Assembly (NCBI GenBank): GCA_020725385.1
Contig: DYFC01000023.1
Coordinates: forward strand, 1-17,788
Origin: Nitrospira japonica
GTDB lineage: Bacteria; Nitrospirota; Thermodesulfovibrionia; Thermodesulfovibrionales; SM23-35
DNA: 17,788 bases
Reading direction: 5' to 3'
In this document: positions 1 to 6,666 of the stretch, piece by piece
Numbering within the stretch: the first letter of the stretch is position 1
How the letters are laid out: each line of letters begins with the position of its first letter
Notes under the pieces: generated by a model
What the model was told of the DNA's origin: nothing
Database searches by the model: none
Seen by the model: the letters and a program-made list of their open reading frames with translations, nothing else
Made by a program: the position numbers and the translations under genes

Positions 1-204
1 AAAGAAAAGACACAAAGATTAAAGACACTGAGATTTAAGTATTTTGTATTGCCTGCACAATTAGGCAGCGACGGCAAAAAGAAAATGCTTAGGATTTTGG
101 TCATTTCTCAGGAAATAAAATCAAAACTCATTTATCTTTTTAACCGCATAATTCAACATTTTCCAGATTATACTGACATCTGCAATGCATTTGGATGGAG
201 ATAA
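1..204 (+). CDS. 3' end of a probable IS1380-family (DDE) transposase, partial at the window edge
   Basis: Frame 1 is open from base 1 to TAA at 202-204: KEKTQRLKTLRFKYFVLPAQLGSDGKKKMLRIL...FGWR*. The 'LKTLRFKYFVLPAQL..DG....LRI' segment resembles the C-terminal motif of IS1380 transposases. Not in the ORF track. Confidence 0.6.
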   Translation, partial: KEKTQRLKTLRFKYFVLPAQLGSDGKKKMLRILVISQEIKSKLIYLFNRIIQHFPDYTDICNAFGWR

Positions 205-325
205 GATATTTCAGAGAAGAGGTGATTTAAAAACAGCATAAATATTGGCTATCACTGCACTTATATGTTGAATCTTCTTGATAGGCTTGCCTCTACAGCT
301 CTGCCTTTTAACTGCGTTTTTCGGG
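1..325 (+). mobile_element. Right part of a putative IS1380-family insertion sequence; probable right end ...ACTGCGTTTTTCGGG at 311-325
   Basis: Transposase-like C-terminus followed about 120 nt later by a GG-ending sequence similar to IS1380-type termini. The left end is outside the window, so the IR and target duplication cannot be checked. Confidence 0.45.
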
Positions 326-479
326 TTAATCTCGGCTAACCCGATAGTTGTATCATTTACTAAAACTTTTTCGTCAATTAACACAGCCCATGCTCTCCAA
401 TTGGTATTTTAGAACAAGTATACTATATGGGCTATCCCAAAATCGCCCCTAAATTTATGCGCCTGTTACGCGAGTGGCA

Positions 480-534
480 AGCCAACGAAAAAATCACCCG
501 GAGCATAGCGATCAGGTGCATCGACTTGTTGGGC
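480..534 (-). mobile_element. Integron attC site (short, 55 bp)
   Basis: Minus strand: R'' GCCCAAC, spacer AAGTC, L'' GAT(G)CACC with extrahelical G, loop, L' GGTGAT, spacer TTTTTC, R' GTTGGCT. It starts 19 nt after the stop of the zinc-ribbon gene. R'' complements the cassette's own start GTTAGGC (1272-1266) at 6 of 7 positions. Confidence 0.75.
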
Positions 535-553
535 AAAACATTCTGTGACAATG

Positions 554-799
554 CTATGAAAGTGCGCCGCCACAATTCGGGCATTTTGCTTCCCCGCCTA
601 CAATACTCAAAAGACCGAATCGTGCGCCACATTTTTTACAGCTGGCGTTTGCAATAGTTGTAGTCTTAGGGCCACCCGGTGCCGCGACCAAAGGGCCACC
701 GCATCCAGGGCATACTGGTTTGCCACCAACAGATGCAAAAGTACCGATTGTCGTGTTGCAACGCGGGCAGTGGTGACCAAAGAAAACATTAGTTTCCAT
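554..799 (-). CDS. Small tandem double zinc-ribbon protein (81 aa, 2 x CxxC-x15-CxxC), cassette-borne, function unknown
   Basis: CPRC-x15-CPGC and CKKC-x15-CPNC form an internal duplication. Start reassigned to ATG 799 (METNV...), with SD AAGGAG inside the last codons of the upstream gene. Confidence 0.8.
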   Translation of the reverse strand: METNVFFGHHCPRCNTTIGTFASVGGKPVCPGCGGPLVAAPGGPKTTTIANASCKKCGARFGLLSIVGGEAKCPNCGGALS

Positions 800-806
800 G
801 GATGTT

Positions 807-1244
807 CTACTCCTTTTCGATTTGTCCACCGATCTTTAATCCAGTGACATTCTTCGATGCAGTGGCTATTGTTCGAATATGTGTACCGGCTTGCATTGTA
901 ACAGGACCGCTATTTTCTGCGACATGAACACCCACTACTGAATCTGCACCATGAGCGCAAGTTTCGATTAGCCCTTGCAGTATGAAGCCTTGCGTATTTA
1001 ACTCTTTTGCAGCTTGGGAAATGGCGTCATCAATTTTACAAAGCATTTCCAAAATGACATCTTGGATTATTTTCTGTTTTTCTTCGTCTATTGCATCGTC
1101 ACGACCCACGAAAATTTTCCCAAGCGCCCCCAACGGGTCAGAAAACGCTCCGAATAATGCACTTATTGCATTACGGTTTAAAACCTTTTTCTTTCTGCTC
1201 TTGAGCTGCTCGTCGATTGCGTTTTCAACGATATGCCTGTCCAT
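807..1244 (-). CDS. Hypothetical protein (145 aa): helical N-terminus and beta pseudo-repeat C-terminus; first gene of the cassette
   Basis: ORF track 807..1277. The start is moved to ATG 1244 (MDRHIV...) because AGGAG precedes it and the longer start lies inside the attC. Confidence 0.8.
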   Translation of the reverse strand: MDRHIVENAIDEQLKSRKKKVLNRNAISALFGAFSDPLGALGKIFVGRDDAIDEEKQKIIQDVILEMLCKIDDAISQAAKELNTQGFILQGLIETCAHGADSVVGVHVAENSGPVTMQAGTHIRTIATASKNVTGLKIGGQIEKE

Positions 1245-1265
1245 GTTAGCTCCTATGAATTTACT

Positions 1266-1356
1266 GCCTAACGCCAATCATCAGCCGCACCGCTACAAAG
1301 TTTTGGCTGAAAAACCGCCAAGCTTATTCGGCGTCGACTGTATGAATTTGTTATGG
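1266..1356 (-). mobile_element. Integron attC site (91 bp) closing the hicBA cassette
   Basis: Minus strand: R'' CCATAAC 1 nt after the hicA stop. Left arm TCAT(A)CAGTCG(A)CGCCG pairs with right arm CGGTGCGGCTGATGA, leaving two extrahelical bases. R' GTTAGGC is a perfect GTTRRRY. Confidence 0.85.
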
Positions 1357-1357
1357 C

Positions 1358-1546
1358 TCACTTTATTTGTTTTATGCCAAGATCCTTACAAATCTTTCGT
1401 GCGAGGTGATCATCAATTTCAGTATGTCTTGGAACAGATGATCGTTTGTTTTGACTTGGATTTATCCACCATGAATGACGGCTGCCTTCTCTAATAAATT
1501 CACAACCTTGTGACCGCAAATATTTTAGCAGGTCAGTTCGTTTCAT
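1358..1546 (-). CDS. hicA: HicA-family mRNA interferase toxin
   Basis: 62 aa, basic, with 'REGSRH' (catalytic His) and 'VPRHTEI...LARKICKDLG', typical of HicA. Overlaps hicB by 4 nt (ATGA). Confidence 0.9.
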   Translation of the reverse strand: MKRTDLLKYLRSQGCEFIREGSRHSWWINPSQNKRSSVPRHTEIDDHLARKICKDLGIKQIK

Positions 1547-1755
1547 ACGGCTATTATTTCTTCGATATATCCTGATCCTACGGCGGAGATAGCGTCTTGG
1601 CGGTTAAATTCGAGTGCCTCTTTTAACGTAAGCCGAAGGCTTTCAATTAGTTCTTCACGTGTTCGTTCTTGACAGTTCACACCTGGAATTTCCTCTATCC
1701 AGCCAATCCACCAATCGCCTGATTGCTTTAGTATTGCAGTATATTCTTTATTCAT
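1543..1755 (-). CDS. hicB: HicB-family antitoxin (short form, no DNA-binding domain)
   Basis: 70 aa with 'YTAILKQSGDWWIGWIEEIPGVNCQERTREEL' (HicB partial RNase H fold). SD AGGAGG is present and the gene is coupled to hicA. Confidence 0.9.
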   Translation of the reverse strand: MNKEYTAILKQSGDWWIGWIEEIPGVNCQERTREELIESLRLTLKEALEFNRQDAISAVGSGYIEEIIAV

Positions 1756-1787
1756 TGTTTGCCTCCTAATACAATAAATTATACATG

Positions 1788-1816
1788 ATCATATGCTTTT
1801 AATATAGATATCTCAA
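1788..1816 (-). promoter_or_regulatory. Putative sigma70 promoter of hicBA
   Basis: Minus strand TTGAGA-17 nt-TATGAT. A second TATAAT lies at 1783-1778. TA cassettes commonly carry their own promoter. Confidence 0.5.
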
Positions 1817-1931
1817 TCAGGTTAGGACATTACCAACAAAGATAACAAGCTATGGTGAAGGAGAAAAAAGAGACGCAAAGGTACAATAAATTCCATAGTC
1901 AAATATATTAAAAAACTAAATAATATCCTCT

Positions 1932-2013
1932 TATCCGTAATCCGTATTCCGTTGCACATATAAAAAAATGACACGGTTAAAGGATACGGGAAGCGAATTT
2001 TTATGCAATATCT
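1932..2013. repeat. Degenerate copy of a dispersed palindromic (MITE-like) repeat
   Basis: Hand alignment with 14025-14106 gives about 61/83 identical positions, including GTAATCCGT, ATATAAAAA, GACAC.GTTAA.GGA and TGCAATATCT. Confidence 0.6.
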
Positions 2014-2039
2014 TTATTTTTCAGGGTAAAATAAATAAT

Positions 2040-3488
2040 ATGAATCTTAAAGAATATTTTTTGAGCATTTCACTCAATAAAAAGTTAATAGGCATGATGC
2101 TTTTTTTAAGCCTTATTGTTATTTCTATACTTACATACCTTTATTCACAGTCTGAAAGAGCGCTTATGAATGAACTTGAAAAACAAACTTCAGAACTTTC
2201 GAAAGCTATACAGGTTGGGGTAGAAGAAGTCACAACAACAGGATACACCGATGAGATGAGGCTCCAGAATTACCTGAAAAAGCTTAATGCAAAAGGTGTA
2301 AAGGAAATTTCCATTATAAGTCCTTCTGATGAGATTGTCGCAAGCACCAATCCGCAAAAAATTGGCGAACAACTCGGACCTACCAAAAAAGAAAGAATTA
2401 TCAAAGCAGAACTTGGAGAGCCTGTTACAAAAGAAGGAAAGGTTTACAATGTTATACTTCCTGTTGTTGCAGGAGATGCACATTATGGATATATACATCT
2501 TAAGATTAATGTAGAAGATTTTTCAGAGATTATAGAGAATAATGCAATCAAAAGAATTATTGCAATTATTATAGTATTCGGTATCGGTATTATTCTGGCT
2601 GTCATTTTGTCGTTAATGTACACAAAACCCATACATAATGTAGTTGATGCTGCGAAAAGTGTCGCAGCAGGAGATTTAACAGTGGAGCTTATGACTAATA
2701 GGAAAGATGAAATCGGTGAATTAACGCAGAGTTTCAACCATATGTTGAAAAAATTAAGAGAAGAAAAAGAGATGGAAGAAAAACTTCGCGAAGCAGAACA
2801 CCTCTCGGCTATTGGCCAGCTTGCAAGAAGTATTGCTCATGAAATCAGAAATCCTCTTAATTTTATCAGCCTTTCTATAGACCATATTAAGAAAAAATAT
2901 GTTCCTGAAGCAGAGAAAGAAAAAGAACAGTTTGAATCACTTATTAATAGCATTAAACAGGAAATCCAGAGACTTAACAAACTTGTTGGAGATTTTCTTG
3001 ATTATGGAAAGCCAATGAAATTGAATTTTCAGAATACAAATATTGAAACTCTTATAAATGATATTTTAGACCTCGTAAAAATAAAAGCAGAAAAGGATAA
3101 CATTAGAATAAATTTTCAAAAAGGCGAAGTCCCTTTATTATCTGTTGACCCTGAACTTATTAAAACCTGCATCTTCAATATAATACTTAATTCTTTTCAG
3201 GCAATGTCTGACGGGGGCGAACTTAATGTTGAGACAAACACAGTAAATAATAAGGTTCAGATAATAATTCGTGACACGGGCGCCGGTGTATCAAAGGATA
3301 ATATACAGCGTATTTTTGAGCCTTTTTATTCAACAAAAAGTAACGGTCTCGGGTTGGGACTTGCCATGACAAAGAGAGTTATTGAAGAACACGGCGGTAA
3401 AGTTGATTTTAAAAGTGAAGAAGGTAAAGGGAGTGTAATGACTATTATGTTACCAATAAACACCAAGATTAATAATATTCAGGCATAA
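2040..3488 (+). CDS. Membrane sensor histidine kinase (TM, periplasmic domain, TM, HAMP, HisKA, HATPase)
   Basis: Two hydrophobic helices, HAMP 'RKDEIGELTQSFNHM', H-box 'AHEIRNPL', N-box 'NIILNS', 'DTGAG', 'FEPF', 'GLGLGL'. ATG 2040 is preferred because the 1968 start lies inside the repeat. Confidence 0.93.
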   Translation: MNLKEYFLSISLNKKLIGMMLFLSLIVISILTYLYSQSERALMNELEKQTSELSKAIQVGVEEVTTTGYTDEMRLQNYLKKLNAKGVKEISIISPSDEIVASTNPQKIGEQLGPTKKERIIKAELGEPVTKEGKVYNVILPVVAGDAHYGYIHLKINVEDFSEIIENNAIKRIIAIIIVFGIGIILAVILSLMYTKPIHNVVDAAKSVAAGDLTVELMTNRKDEIGELTQSFNHMLKKLREEKEMEEKLREAEHLSAIGQLARSIAHEIRNPLNFISLSIDHIKKKYVPEAEKEKEQFESLINSIKQEIQRLNKLVGDFLDYGKPMKLNFQNTNIETLINDILDLVKIKAEKDNIRINFQKGEVPLLSVDPELIKTCIFNIILNSFQAMSDGGELNVETNTVNNKVQIIIRDTGAGVSKDNIQRIFEPFYSTKSNGLGLGLAMTKRVIEEHGGKVDFKSEEGKGSVMTIMLPINTKINNIQA

Positions 3489-3506
3489 TTCAGGGGGCTT
3501 TATTTA

Positions 3507-4883
3507 ATGTCTGTTATCCTGGTCATAGATGACGAAAAACTTCAGAGGGATATTCTTAGAACAATTCTCGAAGATGAAGGATTTGAAACCCACACTGCTT
3601 CTTCTGCTGAGGAAGGACTTGAAATCATAAAGAAGATAAGACCTGATGTTGTGCTGACTGATTTAAAGATGGAGGGCATGGATGGTATTGAGTTAATCGA
3701 TTCCCTGCCCGAGGAACCTTTCAAGCCTACAACAATTGTCATGACAGCATTTGGAACAATATCATCCGCTGTTGATGCCATAAAAAAAGGTGCTTTTGAT
3801 TATCTGACAAAGCCCCTTGACAAGGAACTTTTGCTTGTAACTATTAAAAGAGCAGCAGAAAGAGCAATACTCCAGAAAGAAAACCTGCGTCTCCAGAAGG
3901 ATTTATACGGAAAATTCTCTTTTGAGGGAATTGTGGGACATTCACAAAAAATGGTAGAAGCAATCGAAGTCGTCAAAAAAGTTTGTTCGAGCAATGTAAA
4001 TGTATTGATACTAGGAGAAAGCGGTACAGGCAAAGAACTCATTGCAAGAGCTATTCATTATAATAGTCCAAGAAAGACAAAGCCTTTTGTTGCGGTTAAC
4101 TGCGCTGCTATCCCGGAAAATTTAATTGAAAGTGAACTTTTTGGTCATGAACCCGGCTCTTTTACAGGAGCAACATCAAGAAGCATCGGATTATTCGAAT
4201 CAGCAAATAATGGCACAATTTTTCTTGATGAGATTGGAGATCTACCAGCTTTAACTCAATCGAAAATCCTGCGCGTGCTTCAGGACAAGGAGATAAGAAG
4301 GGTGGGAAGCCGTGATAGCATAAAAATAAATGTAAGAATTATTTCAGCAACAAACAAGGATCTTGAAAAAGAAATTATAAATAAAACGTTCAGGGAAGAC
4401 CTTTTTTATCGTTTAAAAGTAATTACAATAAACTTGCCGCCTTTAAGGGAGAGAAAAGAAGATATACCGGATCTCGTCTCTTTTTTTATTAAGAAATATA
4501 ATCGTGAATTTGGCAAGAGAATTAACGGTATAGATGATAATGCAATGAAAGCTATTATAGAATATCACTGGCCCGGAAATATCAGGCAGCTCGAATCAGT
4601 TATTGAAAGAGCAGTAATAATGTGTGAAACACGTAATATAAGTCTTAAAGATATAAAAAGTGAACTCAGGTTCATTCAGGGATCAGGAATACTCGATATA
4701 GATTTGCCGGATGAGGGAATTAATTTTGATGAACTTGAGAAAGAATTGTTAAAAAAAGCAATGGAAAAAGCAAATGGAGTTGCTGCAAAAGCTGCAAAAC
4801 TTCTTGGTATGACCTATAAGACTTTCTGGTACAGATGGGAAAAACTCGGCTCAAGTTCCCCAAAAAAGGAAGCCGTTCCCTAA
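3507..4883 (+). CDS. Sigma54-dependent response regulator (NtrC/AtoC/ZraR type: REC, AAA+, Fis-type HTH)
   Basis: REC (DD, 'TDLKM', 'TAFG', 'KP'), Walker A GESGTGKE, 'ESELFGHEPGSFTGA', Walker B 'FLDEIG', 'WPGNIRQL' and a C-terminal HTH. Confidence 0.95.
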   Translation: MSVILVIDDEKLQRDILRTILEDEGFETHTASSAEEGLEIIKKIRPDVVLTDLKMEGMDGIELIDSLPEEPFKPTTIVMTAFGTISSAVDAIKKGAFDYLTKPLDKELLLVTIKRAAERAILQKENLRLQKDLYGKFSFEGIVGHSQKMVEAIEVVKKVCSSNVNVLILGESGTGKELIARAIHYNSPRKTKPFVAVNCAAIPENLIESELFGHEPGSFTGATSRSIGLFESANNGTIFLDEIGDLPALTQSKILRVLQDKEIRRVGSRDSIKINVRIISATNKDLEKEIINKTFREDLFYRLKVITINLPPLRERKEDIPDLVSFFIKKYNREFGKRINGIDDNAMKAIIEYHWPGNIRQLESVIERAVIMCETRNISLKDIKSELRFIQGSGILDIDLPDEGINFDELEKELLKKAMEKANGVAAKAAKLLGMTYKTFWYRWEKLGSSSPKKEAVP

Positions 4884-4890
4884 AAAGGAA
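4857..4890 (+). promoter_or_regulatory. Tandem palindromic boxes; putative enhancer (UAS) for the sigma54 activator
   Basis: TCCCCAAAAAAGGAA (4857-4871) and TTCCCTAAAAAGGAA (4876-4890) are 13/15 identical with a TTCC-N7-GGAA dyad, upstream of the IHF and -24/-12 motifs. Confidence 0.6.
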
Positions 4891-4915
4891 ATATTTAGAA
4901 TCTAATTTTATTCAT

Positions 4916-4928
4916 AATCAATGAGTTA
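4916..4928 (+). promoter_or_regulatory. IHF binding site
   Basis: AATCAA-TGAG-TTA matches WATCAA-N4-TTR exactly, has an AT-rich 5' flank and sits between the UAS and the promoter. Confidence 0.65.
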
Positions 4929-4933
4929 GCACC

Positions 4934-4949
4934 TGGCAGGTATTTTGCT
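4934..4949 (+). promoter_or_regulatory. Sigma54 (-24/-12) promoter
   Basis: TGGCAGGTATTTTGCT: GG (4935-4936), 10 nt, GC (4947-4948), in TGGCA...TTGC context. Confidence 0.8.
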
Positions 4950-5015
4950 TTTAACTTATGGCTGTTTAATAATTTTTAAAAATATTTAAATAACTTGTGA
5001 AAGGAGGTGATTTTG

Positions 5016-5522
5016 TTGAAGAGAACAATAGCTATTTTAGTATCCCTTATGTTTGTTCTTTCTTTTACAGCCCTCTCATTTGCAGTAGAGAAAGCCGCTG
5101 CTCCTGCAGCACCTGCAAAAGCTGAGGAGAAGAAAGCTCCTGCAAAGGCTGAAGAGAAAAAGGCTGCTCCAGTAATGGAAGAAAAGAAGGCTCCTGTAAA
5201 AGTAAAACAGGTTACAGGTGATGTCGCAGCAGTTGATGCAAAAGCAAACACCATCACTGTAAAAGGTAAAAAAGGCGATGTAACAGTTGCATGTGATGCC
5301 AAAACCAAAGTAATGATGGGTAAAGAAGCAAAGACTCTTGCTGATGTTAAGGTTGGTGACAAGGTTACAGTAAAATATACTGAAGCTGACGGCAAAATGA
5401 CAGCAAAGAGCGTTGCAATTAAAACTGCAGAGAAAAAGGCCGAGCCTGCAAAGGTAGAAAAGAAAGCAGAGCCTAAAGCAGAGAAAAAAGCAGAGCCTGC
5501 AAAACCAGCAGAGAAAAAATAA
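5016..5522 (+). CDS. Secreted/periplasmic Lys-Glu-Ala-Pro-rich protein with a central small beta-barrel (DUF5666/OB-like) domain
   Basis: SD AAGGAGGT then TTG 5016 gives the signal peptide MKRTIAILVSLMFVLSFTALSFA. AEEKKAPAK/AEKKAEPAK repeats flank 'VTGDVAAVDAKANTITV...LADVKVGDKVTVKY'. Confidence 0.85.
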   Translation: MKRTIAILVSLMFVLSFTALSFAVEKAAAPAAPAKAEEKKAPAKAEEKKAAPVMEEKKAPVKVKQVTGDVAAVDAKANTITVKGKKGDVTVACDAKTKVMMGKEAKTLADVKVGDKVTVKYTEADGKMTAKSVAIKTAEKKAEPAKVEKKAEPKAEKKAEPAKPAEKK

Positions 5523-5537
5523 TTTTTATTTAGAGAC

Positions 5538-5578
5538 AAATAGGGAGTTGAAAATAAGTTCAACTCCCTATTTTTTTT
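5538..5578. terminator. Intrinsic terminator between convergent genes
   Basis: Perfect 15-bp stem AAATAGGGAGTTGAA / TTCAACTCCCTATTT followed by a T-run. It overlaps the stop of the minus-strand gene. Confidence 0.85.
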
Positions 5579-6480
5579 ATCTGTTCGGTAATTTTATTGA
5601 GAGTATCCTGAACCCTGCATTCGTAAAAGATATGAAGCTTTTTTAAAACATCAGGATATTTACTGAAAATCTCCTCAAGAAGAAATTTTCTGAACTCAAA
5701 AACATTTATTTTTCCAAGAGCAATAACTGAAGCAGTACGGGGTCTTCCGGTTAAAAATGCAACCTCTCCAAATACATCTCCTTCAGAGAGAATTGCAAGC
5801 TCTATTTCCTGTCCGAGAATATGTGTTGTAACCCTGGCTTTCCCTGATTGAAGAAGATAAATTGAGTTGCCTGAATCCCCTTCTTTAATAATGTAGTCAC
5901 CTTCAGAGTAACGATGTGGGGCAGACAATTCAAGTATATGAATAATTTCATCAGGCGGGAGTGATTCGAATAAAGGCGGAATATGTATTGCTTCCTGATC
6001 TGCAATCCAGTCATCTTTTGCTAAATCTTTGAGACGCAACTTCAGCCTTTCATCAAGAGATTGACGATCGAATTCCACCCCTCGTAAATAATATATATTC
6101 ATTTTTTCACTTGATTCTTTGTCAACAGGTTTTGAAATTTCTAATTCATGTTTTTTAGACTTGATTTGTTCAATCTCAAAAAGTAAATCTTGCGATATTC
6201 TCAAAGCGTCAATATTATCAGGATCAAGTCTTAGTATTATCTTATAAAGTGCGAGGGCTTTATGAATAAAACCTTCTTTTTTCAGAAGCCATGCAGACTT
6301 ATGGTATGAAGAAATAGCGTTATTTGTATCTCCGAGCCGTTGATAAATATCTCCAAGCTTTATAAGTATCTGTGGATTCCTTCTATCCGATTCGCAAATA
6401 GTCAGAAGACATTGCTTGGCATTTTCCCAGTCCTCATTTTTAATTGCTGCATAGAAATTTTCCCAGTTGACTTTATTCAT
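5560..6480 (-). CDS. TPR plus cyclic-nucleotide-binding domain protein
   Basis: N-terminal TPR-like 'LIKLGDIYQRLGDTNNAISSY' and 'ILRLDPDN'. C-terminal cNMP domain 'IIKEGDSGNSIYLLQSG...GDVFGEVAFLTGRPRTASV'. Confidence 0.88.
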   Translation of the reverse strand: MNKVNWENFYAAIKNEDWENAKQCLLTICESDRRNPQILIKLGDIYQRLGDTNNAISSYHKSAWLLKKEGFIHKALALYKIILRLDPDNIDALRISQDLLFEIEQIKSKKHELEISKPVDKESSEKMNIYYLRGVEFDRQSLDERLKLRLKDLAKDDWIADQEAIHIPPLFESLPPDEIIHILELSAPHRYSEGDYIIKEGDSGNSIYLLQSGKARVTTHILGQEIELAILSEGDVFGEVAFLTGRPRTASVIALGKINVFEFRKFLLEEIFSKYPDVLKKLHIFYECRVQDTLNKITEQIKKIGS

Positions 6481-6666
6481 AAAATTTCAGCCTTACAATT
6501 TAGATAAATTTTGAGCTATAGTTACTTTATTCCGGTTTAAGAACTTTATATATATTAATCGCCACTTTTAAATAAAACTTTATTTAACGTATGAAAACTC
6601 TTAAAAAATAACTACATAATGTTATATAATATCAAATCCCCGGGAAAAAAAATAAAGGAGGCAGGC

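Noticed and set aside
427-657. ORFs 427..657 (+), 432..632 (-) and 607..789 (-)
   Set aside because: They overlap the zinc-ribbon gene and/or the attC in other frames, with no convincing SD or motifs.
982-1494. 170-aa + strand ORF
   Set aside because: Antisense shadow of the cassette gene, attC and hicA; Ser/Phe-rich with no motif.
1872-1880. GACGCAAAG resembling the core of a c-di-GMP-I riboswitch
   Set aside because: No upstream GGCAAA or GNRA-capped P2 stem and no recognisable P3; an isolated 9-mer is not enough.
1821-1900. Possible attI or third attC upstream of hicB
   Set aside because: Only isolated GTT cores and a 6-bp CTATGG/CCATAG pair; no R'' box or integrase, so it cannot be called.
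4976-5563. 195-aa minus-strand Phe/Ser/Ala-rich ORF
   Set aside because: Mirror of the Lys/Glu/Ala repeats on the + strand, which has the promoter, SD, signal peptide and terminator.
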